Of a stretch of DNA of 64,000 nt, positions 13,038 to 25,620 are shown piece after piece. The DNA comes from Pristiophorus japonicus (Eukaryota). Both the position numbers and the translations under genes were made by a program. The stretch covers positions 372,001-436,000 of the forward strand of contig NW_027254382.1 of assembly GCF_044704955.1 (NCBI RefSeq), read 5' to 3'. Numbering within the stretch: position 1 is the stretch's first letter; each line of letters opens with the position of its first letter. Under the pieces are notes generated by a model. That model did not search any database, had not been told where the DNA came from, and saw only the letters and a list, made by a program, of their open reading frames with translations.

Positions 13038-13490
13038 GCCTCGGCTCAGTGGGATCACTCTCGCCTCTGACTCAGAAGGTCACATACTAAAACCCAATCC
13101 AGAGACCTCACCCCAAAATCTATGCTGACACGCCCGGTGCCAGTACTGAGGGAGTGCTGCACGGTCAGAGGTGCTGTCTTTCAGGGCAGACGTTAAGCTG
13201 AGGCCCCATCTTCCGGCTCAGATGGATGTAAAGGATGCATGGCACTATTTTAAAAAGCAGAGGAGTTCTCCCCAGTTTCCAGCGCAAATATTTATCCCTC
13301 AACCAATATCTCAAAAACAGATGATCTGCTCATTATTTCATTGCTGTTTGTGGGATCTTGTTGTGCACAAAATGGCTTGCACATGCCCTATATCACAAAA
13401 GTGACCACACTTCCAAAGTAATTCATAGGCTGCAAATCACTTTGGGATAACATGAGGTCAAGAAAGGCGCTATATCAATGCAAGGTGATT
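13038..13490 (+). mobile_element. Deu-type tRNA-derived SINE
   Basis: GGCTCAGTGG head through the AAAGGCGCTATAT.AATGCAAG tail. Confidence 0.8.
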
Positions 13491-14329
13491 CTAAATGTCA
13501 ACATTTAAAATACAAGTTGCGATATGTGAAAAGCTCACACATCAGTGCAATTGTAGAACACTCCTCTGCTCAATGTTTTAACTTGTTTAGATTCAGTGGG
13601 TCAAATCTTCTACTAAATGGAGATCCAGTGGAATAGTAGCCTGTTCAAAGATGCTCCACTGATTCCGGCAGCAGAACTTTCCGAACTCAATTTTTCCTTT
13701 TAATATTTATTCCATATGATTTAAATCACATCTGTTCTAATTGAACAAAACTGAAGCCAACTTCACTGTTCGAGATATTTTTATTTCTGTGTACCAACTG
13801 TCAATATTGTTAAAATAAACCCTTGTTGTGAGTTGAAATGATTCAATTAATGACTCTGTTGAGCTGATTTTATTGCTATGAACACTTCATGGGAATCAAT
13901 GAGGCGTTTATGTAAATAAACAAAGATATGGAAGTCCCAGATTAGAGTATTGAGCGACAGAAAGACAATAAATATTTCTCCACCAACACAGCATAGAAAT
14001 CAAGATAGAGAGAAATGCAAATCTCTTAGCAGATTCCAGCAACAACTGTTTTTGGTACATTTCACTAAATTATAGGAGAATAATGTAAAAATGAACTGAC
14101 GGTCTGAATTGGGAAATATTCTAATCACCGTATATAATGACATCACAAATGTCTCAGTGGGGATTTCCTGTGTCCTCTCCCTCTCCTATTTCCACTTTCT
14201 GTCTTTTCTCTCAAGACTGGATAATTGGCCTTCTGCCACAAATAGATGTTGACATCTAACAAAAGTTTTCCTTTGGCCATAATGAAATGCCTCGAAAAAC
14301 TTGATAGGAGTGCACAGAGGGAGCTTTAT

Positions 14330-14565
14330 TCCAAAATGTGACCTGCGCATTAAACGATCTGGGAGTGTTTGATGGGACGGTGAAGAGGGAGCTTTACTCT
14401 GTATCTAAAACATGCTGGACCTGCCCTGGGAGTGTTTGATGGGACAGTTAAAGGGAGCATTACTCTGTATCTAACTCGTGGTCGACCTGCCCCGGGAGTG
14501 TTTGATGGTACAGTGTCGAGAAAACTTTACTCTGTATCTGCCACATGCTGTACTTGCCCTGGGAG
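14330..14565 (+). repeat. 67-bp satellite (GGGAGTGTTTGATGGGACAGTGTAGAGGGAGCTTTACTCTGTATCTAACCCGTGCTGTACCTGCCCT)
   Basis: About 3.5 tandem units; the same unit occurs at 20370, 25620, 37930 and 49420. Confidence 0.9.
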
Positions 14566-15254
14566 TTACAGGGTCTAGGGCAGTAATAACTGAGACAGGG
14601 TTTGGTCTGATATAAATATTGACAGGATCTAGTGTCTTATAAACATAGGCATGATCTAGTGCAGTGATAACGGTGACTGGGTCTAATATAAACAGAGACA
14701 TGGTCTAGTTTAGTAATATGAAAGCATGGGACTAGTGTAACGCAAACAGTGTATTCTCGCGTTTAATAGAAAGAGATACAAGATCTTTTGTAATAGGAAC
14801 ACAGACATGGCATATTAAAGTAATATCTGAGACAGAGCCTAGTACAATATTCGTAGTTCTTGTGCAAATATAATTGAGGTAGGGCCTAGTGCAGTAATTA
14901 CGTATACAGGGACATGGCTCTATTCATTCCTGGCAAGTGGGTATCGCTGGCAAGGCCAACATTGATTGTCTATCCCTAATTGGCCTTGAGAAGCAGGTGG
15001 TGAGCTGCCTCCTTGAATCGCTGCAGTGCGTGTGGTGAAGGGACTCCTAAAGTGTTCGGAAGGGTGTTTCACAAATTTGACCCAGCGACTATGAAGGAAC
15101 GGTAATAAATTTCCAAGTCAGAATGTTATGTGGTTTGGAGAGGAACTTGGAGGTGGTGGTGTTCCCACAAGGCTGCTGCCCTTGTCCTTCTAGGTAGAAG
15201 AGGTCGTAGGTTTTGAACGTGCTGTCGAAGATGTCTTGCCGAGTTGCTGCAATG

Positions 15255-15640
15255 CATAGAAATATTGAAACATAGAAACATAGAAACATAGAAAATAGTT
15301 GCACGAGTAGGCCATTCGGCCCTTCGAGCCTGCACCGCCATTCAATGAGTTCATGGCTGAACATGCAACTTCAGTACCTCATTCATGCTTTCTCGCCATA
15401 CCCCTTGATCCCCCAAGTAGTAAGGACTACATCTAACTCCTTTTTGAATATATTTAGTGAATTGGCCTCAACAAATTTCTGTGGTCGAGAATTCCACAGG
15501 TTCACCACTCTCTGGGTGAAGACATTTCTCCTCATCTCGGTCCTAAATGGCTTACCCCTTATCCTTGGACTGCGTTCCCTGGTTCTGGACTTCCCCAACA
15601 TTGGAAACATTCTTACGGCATCTAACCTGTCTAAACCGTC
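15255..15640 (-). mobile_element. Young CR1 3' fragment inserted into an older LINE 3' end (~14920-15715)
   Basis: Near-identical to 24900-25260; the host sequence resumes at 15640. Confidence 0.9.
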
Positions 15641-15766
15641 TTGTTGATAGTACTCACTGCAGACATGGTGCGCCGGTGGTGGATGTAGTGAATATTTAAC
15701 GTGGTGGATCGGGGTAATATAAACTGGAACAGGGTCTAGTACAGTAATAACTGATACAGGCTATTC

Positions 15767-16920
15767 TAGAATCATACAACGGTTACAGCACAGATAAGGA
15801 CCATTCGGCCCATATTGCTCATGCTGCTCTCTGCTTGAGTATTCCAACTAGTCCACTTCCCCGCGCTTTCCGGTAGACCTATGCATTTTCTCCCTCAGCT
15901 ACTTATCCAATACCCTTTAGAATGCCACGATTGAATCTGCCCCTACCGCCCTTTCAGGCAGTGCTTTCCAGATCCTACCTACTCGCTGGGTAAAAACGTT
16001 TTACTCATGTCCTTTTTTTCTTCTGCTAATCACCTTACATCTGTGTCCTCGATCTTTCCGCCAATGGGAACAGTTTATCTCTATCTACTCTGTAAAGACA
16101 CCTTATCATTCTCAACACTTCTATCAAATCTCATCTCAACCTTCTCTGCTCTAAGGAGAACTACGTCAGCTTCTCCAGACTAGACGACATAACCGAAGTA
16201 CCTTATCCCTGGAACCACACTTCTAAAGCTTTTCTAAACCCTGTCTAAGGCCTTCACATCCTTCTTAAAGTGCGATGCCCAGAATTGGACACAATACTCC
16301 AGTTGAGGTCGCACCAGTGTTTTATACAGGTTCATCATAATTTCCTTGCTTTTAAATTCTATGCCTCTATTTATGAAGCCCAGGATCCCATATGCTGTTT
16401 AAACCACTTTCTCAACCTGCCCTGCCACCTTCAATGATTTTTGCACATATAGCCCCAGGTCCCTGTTTTCATCACACTCTTTAGAATTGTAGCCTTTAAT
16501 TTATTTTGCCCCTCCTCGTTCTTCCTACCAAAATGTATCAATTCACAATTTTCTGCGTTTCATTTGCCACGTGTCCGTCTATTCCACCAGCCTATCTACG
16601 TCCCCTTGAAGTCATCACTATCCTGCTGACTGTACATTATAGTTCCAAGCTTTGAATAACCTGCAAATTTTGAAATTGTGCCCAGTACACCCGAATATAT
16701 GTCATGAATATAAATCAAGAAAAGCAGTGTTCCTTGCACCAACTGCTGCGGAACACCTTCCTCCAGTCCAAAAAATCCCACTACACTCTGGTTGTTGTCA
16801 CTCAGCCAATTTCATATCCATGCTGCCACTGTCCATTTTATTCTATGGGTTTCAACTTTGCTGGTAAGGATATTATCAAGGCACTTTATCAAGTGCCTTT
16901 TGGAAGTCCACCACATCAAC
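15767..16920 (-). mobile_element. Old CR1 ORF2 fragment
   Basis: ORF 16596..16781 (GVPQ..LFLIYIHD..ISKFA) has degenerate RT motifs. Confidence 0.8.
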
Positions 16921-17024
16921 CATATAAACTGAGACTGAGTCTAGTACAGTAAAAACTGCGACGGGGTCTGGCGTAATGAGAGAAACAATAAGTCAGGTAA
17001 TTACAGATTAATTAATCTCATAGC

Positions 17025-17348
17025 AACATAGAAACATAGAAAATAGGTGCAGGAGTAGGCCATTCGGCCCTTCGAGCTTGTACCGCCATTCAATGAGTTC
17101 ATGGCTGAACATGCAACTTCAGTACCCCATTCCTGCTTTCTCACCATACCCCTTGATTCCCCTAGTAGTAAGGACTACATCAAACTCCTTTTTGAATATA
17201 TTTAGTTTTGGCCTCAACAACTTTCTGTGGTAGAGAATTACACAGGTTCACCACTCTCTGGGTCAAGAAGTTTCTCCTCATCTCGGTCCTAAATGGCTTA
17301 CCCCTTATCCTTAGACTGTGACCCCTGGTTCTGGACTTCCCCAACATT
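17025..17348 (-). mobile_element. Young CR1 3' fragment
   Basis: Near-identical reverse complement of 24935-25260. Confidence 0.9.
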
Positions 17349-17424
17349 AATAAGAACATAAGAATTCAGAACAGGAGTAGGCCATGTAGCCCCTCGAGCC
17401 TGCTCCGCCACCCAACAAGATCAT

Positions 17425-17620
17425 TCCACTGTCTGCGTTTCACCTCATCACGCTCTTTGCGTTGAGACTCGAAGAGCTCAACGCCCTCCCGGATGCACTT
17501 TCTCCACCTCGGGCGGTCTTCGGCCAGGGTCTCCCAGGTGTCAGTGGTGAACTCGCACTTTACCAGGGAGGATTTGAGGGTGTCGTTGTATCGCTTCTGC
17601 TGCTCACCTTTGGCTCGTTA
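17425..17620 (-). mobile_element. RTE-clade LINE fragment
   Basis: Its reverse complement resembles 46440-46630. Confidence 0.65.
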
Positions 17621-17999
17621 CAAGATTCACCCCATCCTTTCAACACAAATATTACCGACACAATACCAGATCAATTAGAATTTGCACGCAACTCTTGATA
17701 GCTATTAATGAAACTAAACATATGTTCCAGCAAAAAGGTATTGCATCCACCCACCCACACACATATATATCTTTATTTATATTAATATCTATCCACCGTC
17801 TTATATCTTCTGTCCAGCTAACAGACGCATGGTCAATTGCAGAAATAACTGAGTCAGAGTCTGTTGTACGATAAATAGAGAGAAAGTCCCTGGAATCGGA
17901 GTTCATCCCAAAACTATCTGAGACCGAGGCGAAAGTGAGACATACTAAGCCTCGGCTGACAAAAGCAGACATTGTCTTGTGAAGTGCAATGAACGCATG

Positions 18000-18720
18000 G
18001 CCCAGTGTATCATAAAGGAAGTCAGGGCCCAGTGTAACAAAAAGCGCGACAGGGTCTAATTTAACATAAACAGGGACTGGGCATGGTATAATGTAAAGAG
18101 AGATAGGCTCTCGTGTAACATAAACAGAGACAGAGTTTAGGGTAATATAAACATAGACAGGGTCGAGTGTAATTTGAACAGATAAAGGGTCTAGTGCAAT
18201 ATAAACAGAGGCAGGGTCTAGGGTAATATAAACAGGTACATATTCTGGTGTAATATAAACAGAGACAGGGTGGAGTGTAATATGAGTAGAGAGAGTGTCT
18301 AGTGCAACAGTAACTGAGACAGGTCTAGTGTATTATAACAAAGGATCTAGTGCAGTAGCAACTGCGACAGGGTCTAGTATATTATAACAGAGGGTCGACT
18401 GCTTTAATAACTGAGACGTGGACTAATACAGTATACATAGAGATACGGTCGAGTATAAGATAAACAGAGACAAGCTCAAGTGTCATATAAACGGAGACAG
18501 GGTCTCGTGCAATATAAACAGAGTCAGTGTTTGTTTAATTTAAACAGAGACAGTGTCTAAAGTAAAATAAACAGAGACAGGGTCTAGTGCAGTATAAACA
18601 GAGAGAGAGGCTTGTGTAATTTAAACAGGGGCACGGTCTTGTGTAATATAAACAGGGATACGGTCCAGTGTAATATTAACACTAGTGTAAAATAAACAGA
18701 AACAGGGTCTAGTGTAGTAC
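18000..18720 (+). repeat. 27-bp satellite array
   Basis: Tandem GTGTAATATAAACAGAGACAGGGTCTA units. Confidence 0.92.
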
Positions 18721-19097
18721 TAAATTTTAAATCCCTGGCTTGTGTTTACTGTGCCTCCTACCAGTGAAAAATGTTCCGAACAAATTTCTCGATTAAAACT
18801 CCTCATAATTTTGAACATCTCTATTAAATCGCCCTTAATATTCTCGGATCTAAGGAGAACAAACTCAGATTCCGGCTGCTCTACTGATGCAGCTCATGGA
18901 CATCCAAATCCGGAGTCGTGAAACTTTTGTGTGGAAATGCCATCTTACCACAGTGTCGGAATAGTATCCCAGGCAAGAATTGAGAATTAACGCCATGAAT
19001 GAAACCGACCGTGTAAGTCTGGGCTCAGCTCCTGAACTTCAAACACACTGAGCTAAATATCACCATCTTAAAGAAACATGCTCTGATCTGTTAAACC

Positions 19098-19540
19098 TCA
19101 GGAAAATGGGATCACGTTCCTCTCTTAATCAGAAGGCTGTGGGTTAAAATCCCTGTTCAGAGTCTCAGCACATAATCTCGGCTGACACACCGGTACCAGT
19201 ACTGAGAGGGTGCTATATTGTCGGTGGTGCAGTCTTTCGGATGAGACGTTACATCAATTGTGTCTGCCCTCTCAGTTGGATGTAAACGATCCAATGGTTC
19301 TATTTTAAATGGCAGGAGAACTAACCCCAGTGTCCATGACAATTATTTATTCATTAACCAGCATCGCTAAAGAACAGATTATCTGGTTATTATCACATCA
19401 CCTTTTTGGGAGATTGATGTGCATAATTTGACTGCCATGATTCCTAGATTATAACAGTGACTACACTTCTAACATACTTCATTGTCTGTAAAGCGCTTTG
19501 GGAAAGTCCGAGACAGTGAAACTCGTGAAAGTTATTTCTA
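19098..19540 (+). mobile_element. Deu-type SINE (paralogous position to 13038)
   Basis: Same SINE body, and flanks homologous to those of the 13038 copy. Confidence 0.75.
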
Positions 19541-20549
19541 AATGCCATCATTTTAAAATACTCATTGCAATAGGTCACTCCTCTGGTCGCTGTTTTAACT
19601 TGTTTAGTTTAAATTACTTGAATCTTGCGCGAAATGGTCATCCAGTGAAATACGAGACTGCTCATAGAAGTTCCATAGATTTTGGCAGCAGAATTTTCAG
19701 AACTGAATTTTTACTTTTAATATTTTCCCTTTGATGTAAATCACATTTGTTCTAATTGAACAAACATAAACCGATATCACTGCTCGAGATATTTCCATTT
19801 ATTTGTATCAACTGTCAATATTCTTAAAATAAACCCGTGTTGGGAGTGAAACTAACCAGTTAGTGACTTTGTGGACCTGTTTTTTTATGCCATGTACAGT
19901 TCATGGGAACCAGTGAAGTGTTTATATAAATAAACACAGAAATAGAAGTCCCAGATTAGAATATTGAACGACAAAAACACAATAAATGTTCCCCAGCTAA
20001 ACAGAATAGAAATAAACAGAGAGAGAAATGCAAATGTGTTAACGAATTCCAGCAACAATTGATTTTTTGGGACATTTCTATAAGTTATAGGAGAATAAAT
20101 TAATGATGATATCCTCGGTCAGAAAGTGGAAAGATTCTAGGCACCGTATAGAGTGGCAGCTCAGATGTATTAGTGGCAATCCCCTGTATCCCCTCCCTCT
20201 CTTCCTCTCTCTCCCATTCCCACATTGTGTCTTGCCTCTAAACATGCGTCATTACCTTTAGCTCACAATAAGAAATCAATGTCTAACAAAAATTTTCCCT
20301 CAGATTTATTTCCAGGCCTCGAATCAAATTGGTAGGCGTACACAATGTAACTTTATTCTAAAATATGTCCTGTGAACTCAATGATCTGGGCGTTTTTCAT
20401 GGGACTCTGTAGGGGGAACTTTACTCTGTATCTGACCCGTGCTGTATCTGACCTGGGAGAGTTTGATGGAAAAATGTAGAGGGATCATTACTCTGTATCT
20501 AGCCCATGCTGCACCTGCCCTGGGAATTTTGACGGAACAGCATAGAGGA

Positions 20550-21121
20550 AATATAAAAACATAGAAATTAGGTGCAGAAGTGGGCCATTCGGCTCTTCGA
20601 GCCTGCACCACCATTCGATAAAATCATGGCTGATCATTCCCTTTCCTGCTTTCTCTCTATACCCCTTGATGCCCTCTTGAATATATCCAATGAACTGGCA
20701 TCAACAACTCTCTGCAGCAGGGAATTCCACAGGTTAACAACTCTCTGAGTGAAGAAGTTTCTCCTCGTCTCAGTCCTAAATGGCCGATCCCTTATCTAAA
20801 GCTTGTGCCCCCTGGTTCTGGACTTCCCCAACATCAGAAACAATCTACCTGCATCGAACCTGTCCCGTCCCGTCAGAATCCTGCATGTTTCTATGAGATC
20901 CCCTCTGATCCTTCTAAACTCCAATGTATAAAGGCTCTGTTGATCCAGCCTCTCCTCATATGTCAGTCCTGCCTTCCTGGGAATCAGTCTCGTGAACCTT
21001 CGCTGCACTCCCTCAATAGCAAGAACGTCCGTCCTCAGATTAGGAGACCAAAACTGTACACAATATTCCAGTTGAGGCCTCACCAATGTCCTGTACAACT
21101 GCAATAAAACCTCCCTGCTCC
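20550..21121 (-). mobile_element. CR1 host element, 3' part (continues at 25263-25620)
   Basis: ORF 20796..21104 (LYRTLVRPQLEYCVQFWSP) joins ORF 25244..25615 (...FIARGFEYR) once the inner element is removed. Confidence 0.9.
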
Positions 21122-21232
21122 TGGTAAGTGGTAAGTGATTGGCTGCTGATTGGTGAGTAGTTTTTCTTTTTCTTTATTAGTCAGTAACTTAACATTGTTG
21201 TCGGAAATTGAAGTGTATCTAAGGGTTAAGTC

Positions 21233-22180
21233 ATGGCAGGACAGCTTGGTCACGTGATATGCTCCTCCTGTACCATGTGGGAACACAGGGACAATACCAG
21301 TGTCCCTGACGACTACATGTGCGGGAAGTGTGTCCACCTCCGGCTACTGACGGTCCGCGTTGCGGAGTTGGAGCTGAAGGTGGATTCACTCTGGAGCATC
21401 CACGATGCTGAGAATGACGTGAGTATCACGTGTAGCGAGTTGGTCTTGCTGCAGGAGAAGGGTCCACAGCCAGCGAGGGAATGGAAGACCAGCAGGAAGA
21501 GTAGTGCAAGGAAGGTAGTGCAGGGGTCCCCTGTGGTCATCCCCCTGCAAAACAGATACACCGCTTTGAGTACTGTTGAGGGCGATGACTCATCAGGGGA
21601 GGGCAGCAGCAGCCAAGTTCATGGCACCGTGGCTGGCTCTGTTGCACAGGAGGGCAGGAAAAAAAGTGGAAGAGCGATAGTGATAGGGGATTCAATTGTA
21701 AGGGGAATAGATAGGCGTTTCTGCGGCCGCAACCGAGACTCCAGGATGGTATGTTGCCTCCCTGGTGCAAGGGTCAAGGATGTCTCGGAGCGGGTGGAGG
21801 ACATTCTAAAAAGGGAGGGAGAACAGCCAGTTGTCGTGGTGCACGTTGGTACCAATGATATAGGTAAAAAAAGGGATGAGTTCCTACGAAATGAATTTAA
21901 GGAGCTAGGAGCTAAATTAAAAAGTAGGACCTCAAAAGTAGTAATCTCGGGATTGCTACCAGTGCCACGTGCTAGTCAGAGTAGGAATCGCAGGATAGCT
22001 CAGATGAATACGTGGCTTGAGCAATGGTGCAGCAGGGAGGGATTCAAATTCCTGGGGCATTGGAACCGGTTCTGGGGGAGGTGGGACCAGTACAATCCGG
22101 ACGGTCTGCACCTGGGCAGAATCGGAACCAATGTCCTCGGGGGAGTGTTTGCTAGTGCTGTTGGGGAGGAGTTAAACTAA
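21233..22180 (+). CDS. CR1 ORF1p: N-terminal zinc finger/leucine zipper plus SGNH esterase domain
   Basis: CxxC..CxxC followed by a heptad Leu repeat; GDS, HVGTND and DGLH esterase motifs; 315 aa open. Confidence 0.93.
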   Translation: MAGQLGHVICSSCTMWEHRDNTSVPDDYMCGKCVHLRLLTVRVAELELKVDSLWSIHDAENDVSITCSELVLLQEKGPQPAREWKTSRKSSARKVVQGSPVVIPLQNRYTALSTVEGDDSSGEGSSSQVHGTVAGSVAQEGRKKSGRAIVIGDSIVRGIDRRFCGRNRDSRMVCCLPGARVKDVSERVEDILKREGEQPVVVVHVGTNDIGKKRDEFLRNEFKELGAKLKSRTSKVVISGLLPVPRASQSRNRRIAQMNTWLEQWCSREGFKFLGHWNRFWGRWDQYNPDGLHLGRIGTNVLGGVFASAVGEELN

Positions 22181-22257
22181 TATGGCAGGGGGATGGGAAC
22201 CAATGCAGGGAGATAGAGGGAAACAAAAAGGAGGCAAAAACAAAAGACAGAAAGGAG

Positions 22258-25164
22258 ATGAGGAAAAGTGGAGGGCAGAGAAACCCAAGGCAAAGAACAA
22301 AAAGGGCCATTGTACAGCAAAATTCTGAAAGGACAGAGGGTGTTAAAAAAACAAGCCTAAAGGCTTTGTGTCTTAATGCAAGGAGTATCCGCAATAAGGT
22401 GGTTGAATTAACTGTGCAAATAGATGTTAACAAATATGATGTGATTGGGATTACGGAGACGTGGCTCCAGGATGAGCAGGGCTGGGAACTCAACATCCAG
22501 GGGTATTCAACATTCAGGAAGTATAGAATAAAAGGAAAAGGAGGTGGGGTAGCATTGCTGGTTAAGGAGGAGATTAAGGCAATAGTTAGGAAGGACATTA
22601 GCTTGGATGATGTGGAATCTATATGGGTAGAGCTGCAGAACACCAAAGGGCAAAAAACGTTAGTGGGAGTTGTGTACAGACCTCCAAACAGTAGTAGTGA
22701 TGTTGGGGAGGGCATCAAACAGGAAATTAGGGGTGCGTGCAATAAAGGTGCAGCAGTTATAATGGGTGACGTTAATATGCACATAGATTGGGCTAACCAA
22801 ACTGGAAGCAATACGGTGGAGGAGGATTTTCTGGAGTGCATAAGGGATGGTTTTTTAGACCAATATGTCGAGGAACCAACTAGGGGGGAGGCCATCTTAG
22901 ACTGGGTGTTATGTAATGAGAAAGGATTAATTAGCAATCTCGTTGTGAGAGACCCCTTGGGGAAGAGTGACCATAATATGGTGGAATTCTGCATTAGGAT
23001 GGAGAATGAAACAGTTAATTCAGAGACCATGATCCAGAACTTAAAGAAGGCTAACTTTGAAGGTATGAGGCGTGAATTGGCTGAGATGGTTTGGCGAATG
23101 ATACTTAAGGGGTTGACTGTGGATGGGCAATGGCAGACATTTAGAGACCGCATGGATGAACTACAACAATTGTACATTCCTGTCTGGCATAGAAATAAAA
23201 AAGGGAAGGTGGCTCAACCGTGGCTATCAAGGGAAATCAGGGATAGTATTAAAGCCAAGGAAGTGGCATACAAATTGGCCAGAAATAGCAGCGAACCTGG
23301 GGACTGGGAGAAATTTAGAACTCAGCAGAGGAGGACAAAGGGTTTGATTAGGGCAGGGAAAATGGAGTATGAGAAGAAGCTTGCAGGGAACATTAAGACG
23401 GATTGCAAAAGTTTCTATAGATATGTAAAGAGAAAAAGGTTAGTAAAGACAAATGTAGGTCCCCTGCAGTCAGAATCAGGGGAAGTCATAACGGGGAACA
23501 AAGAAATGGCGGACCAATTGAACAAGTACTTTGGTTCGGTATTCACGAAGGAGGACACGAACAACCTTCCGGTTATAAAAGGGGTCGGGGGGTCTAGTAA
23601 GGAGGAGGAACTGAGGGAAATCCTTATTAGCCGGGAAATTGTGTTGGGGAAATTGATGGGATTGAAGGCCGATAAATCCCCAGGGCCTGATGGACTGCAT
23701 CCCAGAGTACTTAAGGAGGTGGCCTTGGAAATAGTGGATGCGTTGACAGTCATTTTTCAACATTCCATTGACTCTGGATCAGTTCCTATGGAGTGGAGGG
23801 TAGCCAATGTAACCCCACTTTTTAAAAAAGGAGGGAGAGAGAAAACAGGGAATTATAGACCGGTCAGCCTGACATCGGTAGTGGGTAAAATGATGGAATC
23901 AATTATTAAGGATGTCATAGCAGTGCATTTGGAAAGAGGTGACATGATAGGTCCAAGTCAGCATGGATTTGTGAAAGGGAAATCGTGCTTGACAGATCTT
24001 CTGGAATTTTTTGAGGATGTTTCCAGTAGAGTGGGTAAGGGAGAACCAGTTGATGTGGTATATTTGGACTTTCAGAAGGCGTTCCACAAGGTCCCACACA
24101 AGAGATTGATGTGCAAAGTTAGAGCACATGGGATTGGGGGTAGTGTACTGACATGGATTGAGAACTGGTTGTCAGACAGGAAGCAAAGAGTAGGAGTAAA
24201 TGGGTACTTTTCAGAATGGCAGGCAGTGACTAGTGGGGTACCGCAAGGTTCTGTGCTGGGGCCCCAGCTGTTTACACTGTACATTAATGATTTAGATGAG
24301 GGGATTAAATGTAGTATCTCCAAATTTGCGGATGACACTAAGTTGGGTGGCAGTGTGAGCTGCGAGGAGGATGCTGTGAGGCTGCAGAGCGACTTGGATA
24401 GGTTAGGTGAGTGGGCAAATGCATGGCAAATGAAGTATAATGTGGATAAATGTGAGGTTATCCACTTTGGTGGTAAAAACAGAGAGACAGACTATTATCT
24501 GAATGGTGACAGATTAGGAAAAGGGGAGGTGCAAAGAGACCTGGGTGTCATGGTACATCAGTCATTGAAGGTTGGCATGCAGGTGCAGCAGGCGGTTAAG
24601 AAAGCAAATGGCATGTTGGCCTTCATAGCAAGGGGATTTGAGTACAGGGGCAGGGAGGTGTTGCTACAGTTGTACAGGGCATTGGTGAGGCCACACCTGG
24701 AGTATTGTGTACAGTTTTGGTCTCCTAACCTGAGGAAGGACATTCTTGCTATTGAGGGAGTGCAGCGAAGGTTCACCAGACTGATTCGCGGGATGGCGGG
24801 ACTGACATATCAAGAAAGACTGGATCAACTAGGCTTGTATTCACTGGAGTTCAGAAGAATGAGAGGGGACCTCATAGAAACATATAAAATTCTGACGGGG
24901 TTAGACAGGTTAGATGCAGGAAGAATGTTCCCAATGTTGGGGAAGTCCAGAACCAGGGGTCACAGTCTAAGGATAAGGGGTAAGCCATTTAGGACCGAGA
25001 TGCGGAGGAACTTCTTCACCCAGAGAGTGGTGAACCTGTGGAATTCTCTACCACAGAAAGTTGTTGAGGCCAATTCACTAAATATATTCAAAAAGGAGTT
25101 AGATGAGGTCCTTACTGCTAGGGGGATCAAGGGGTATGGCGAGAAAGCAGGAATGGGGTACTGA
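22258..25164 (+). CDS. CR1 ORF2p: APE endonuclease plus reverse transcriptase
   Basis: LNARS, ITETW, YRPP and SDH (APE); NYRPVSL, GVPQGSVLGP and FADD (RT); 968 aa open. The frame is already open from ~22156. Confidence 0.96.
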   Translation: MRKSGGQRNPRQRTKRAIVQQNSERTEGVKKTSLKALCLNARSIRNKVVELTVQIDVNKYDVIGITETWLQDEQGWELNIQGYSTFRKYRIKGKGGGVALLVKEEIKAIVRKDISLDDVESIWVELQNTKGQKTLVGVVYRPPNSSSDVGEGIKQEIRGACNKGAAVIMGDVNMHIDWANQTGSNTVEEDFLECIRDGFLDQYVEEPTRGEAILDWVLCNEKGLISNLVVRDPLGKSDHNMVEFCIRMENETVNSETMIQNLKKANFEGMRRELAEMVWRMILKGLTVDGQWQTFRDRMDELQQLYIPVWHRNKKGKVAQPWLSREIRDSIKAKEVAYKLARNSSEPGDWEKFRTQQRRTKGLIRAGKMEYEKKLAGNIKTDCKSFYRYVKRKRLVKTNVGPLQSESGEVITGNKEMADQLNKYFGSVFTKEDTNNLPVIKGVGGSSKEEELREILISREIVLGKLMGLKADKSPGPDGLHPRVLKEVALEIVDALTVIFQHSIDSGSVPMEWRVANVTPLFKKGGREKTGNYRPVSLTSVVGKMMESIIKDVIAVHLERGDMIGPSQHGFVKGKSCLTDLLEFFEDVSSRVGKGEPVDVVYLDFQKAFHKVPHKRLMCKVRAHGIGGSVLTWIENWLSDRKQRVGVNGYFSEWQAVTSGVPQGSVLGPQLFTLYINDLDEGIKCSISKFADDTKLGGSVSCEEDAVRLQSDLDRLGEWANAWQMKYNVDKCEVIHFGGKNRETDYYLNGDRLGKGEVQRDLGVMVHQSLKVGMQVQQAVKKANGMLAFIARGFEYRGREVLLQLYRALVRPHLEYCVQFWSPNLRKDILAIEGVQRRFTRLIRGMAGLTYQERLDQLGLYSLEFRRMRGDLIETYKILTGLDRLDAGRMFPMLGKSRTRGHSLRIRGKPFRTEMRRNFFTQRVVNLWNSLPQKVVEANSLNIFKKELDEVLTARGIKGYGEKAGMGY

Positions 25165-25262
25165 AGTTGAATGTTCAGCCATGAACTCATTGAATGGCGG
25201 TGCAGGCTAGAAGGGCCGAATGGCCTACTCCTGCACCTATTTTCTATGTTTCTATGTTTCTA

Positions 25263-25620
25263 TACTCAAATCCCCTAGCTATGAAGGCCAACATACAATT
25301 TGACTTATTTACCGCCTGCTGTACCTTTATTCCAACTTTTAATGACTGATGAACCATGACACCCTGGTCTCGTTTCATCTCCACTTTTCCTAGTCTGCCC
25401 CCATTCAGATAATATTCTGTCTTCACGTTTTTGCCCGCAAAGTGGATAACCTCACATTTATCCACATTATACTGCATCTGCCATGCATTTGCCCACTCAC
25501 CTAACCTGTCTAAGTCACCCTGCAACCTTTTAGTGTCCCCCTCACAGCTACCACCGCCACCCAGTTTAGTGTCATCTGCAATCCTGGAGATATTACACTC
25601 AAATCCTTCATCCAAATCAT
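25263..25620 (-). mobile_element. CR1 host element, 5' part
   Basis: ORF 25244..25615 (ADDTKLGG...WQMQYNVDKCEV). Confidence 0.9.

Larger units (their letters stand above)
21122..25262 (+). mobile_element. Near-full-length CR1-clade LINE (shark HER1-like)
   Basis: Short 5' UTR, ORF1, ORF2, 3' UTR and (TTTCTATG)n tail. Confidence 0.97.

Noticed and set aside
22152-23177. 341-aa antisense ORF
   Set aside because: It is the shadow of CR1 ORF2 on the opposite strand, with no independent motifs.
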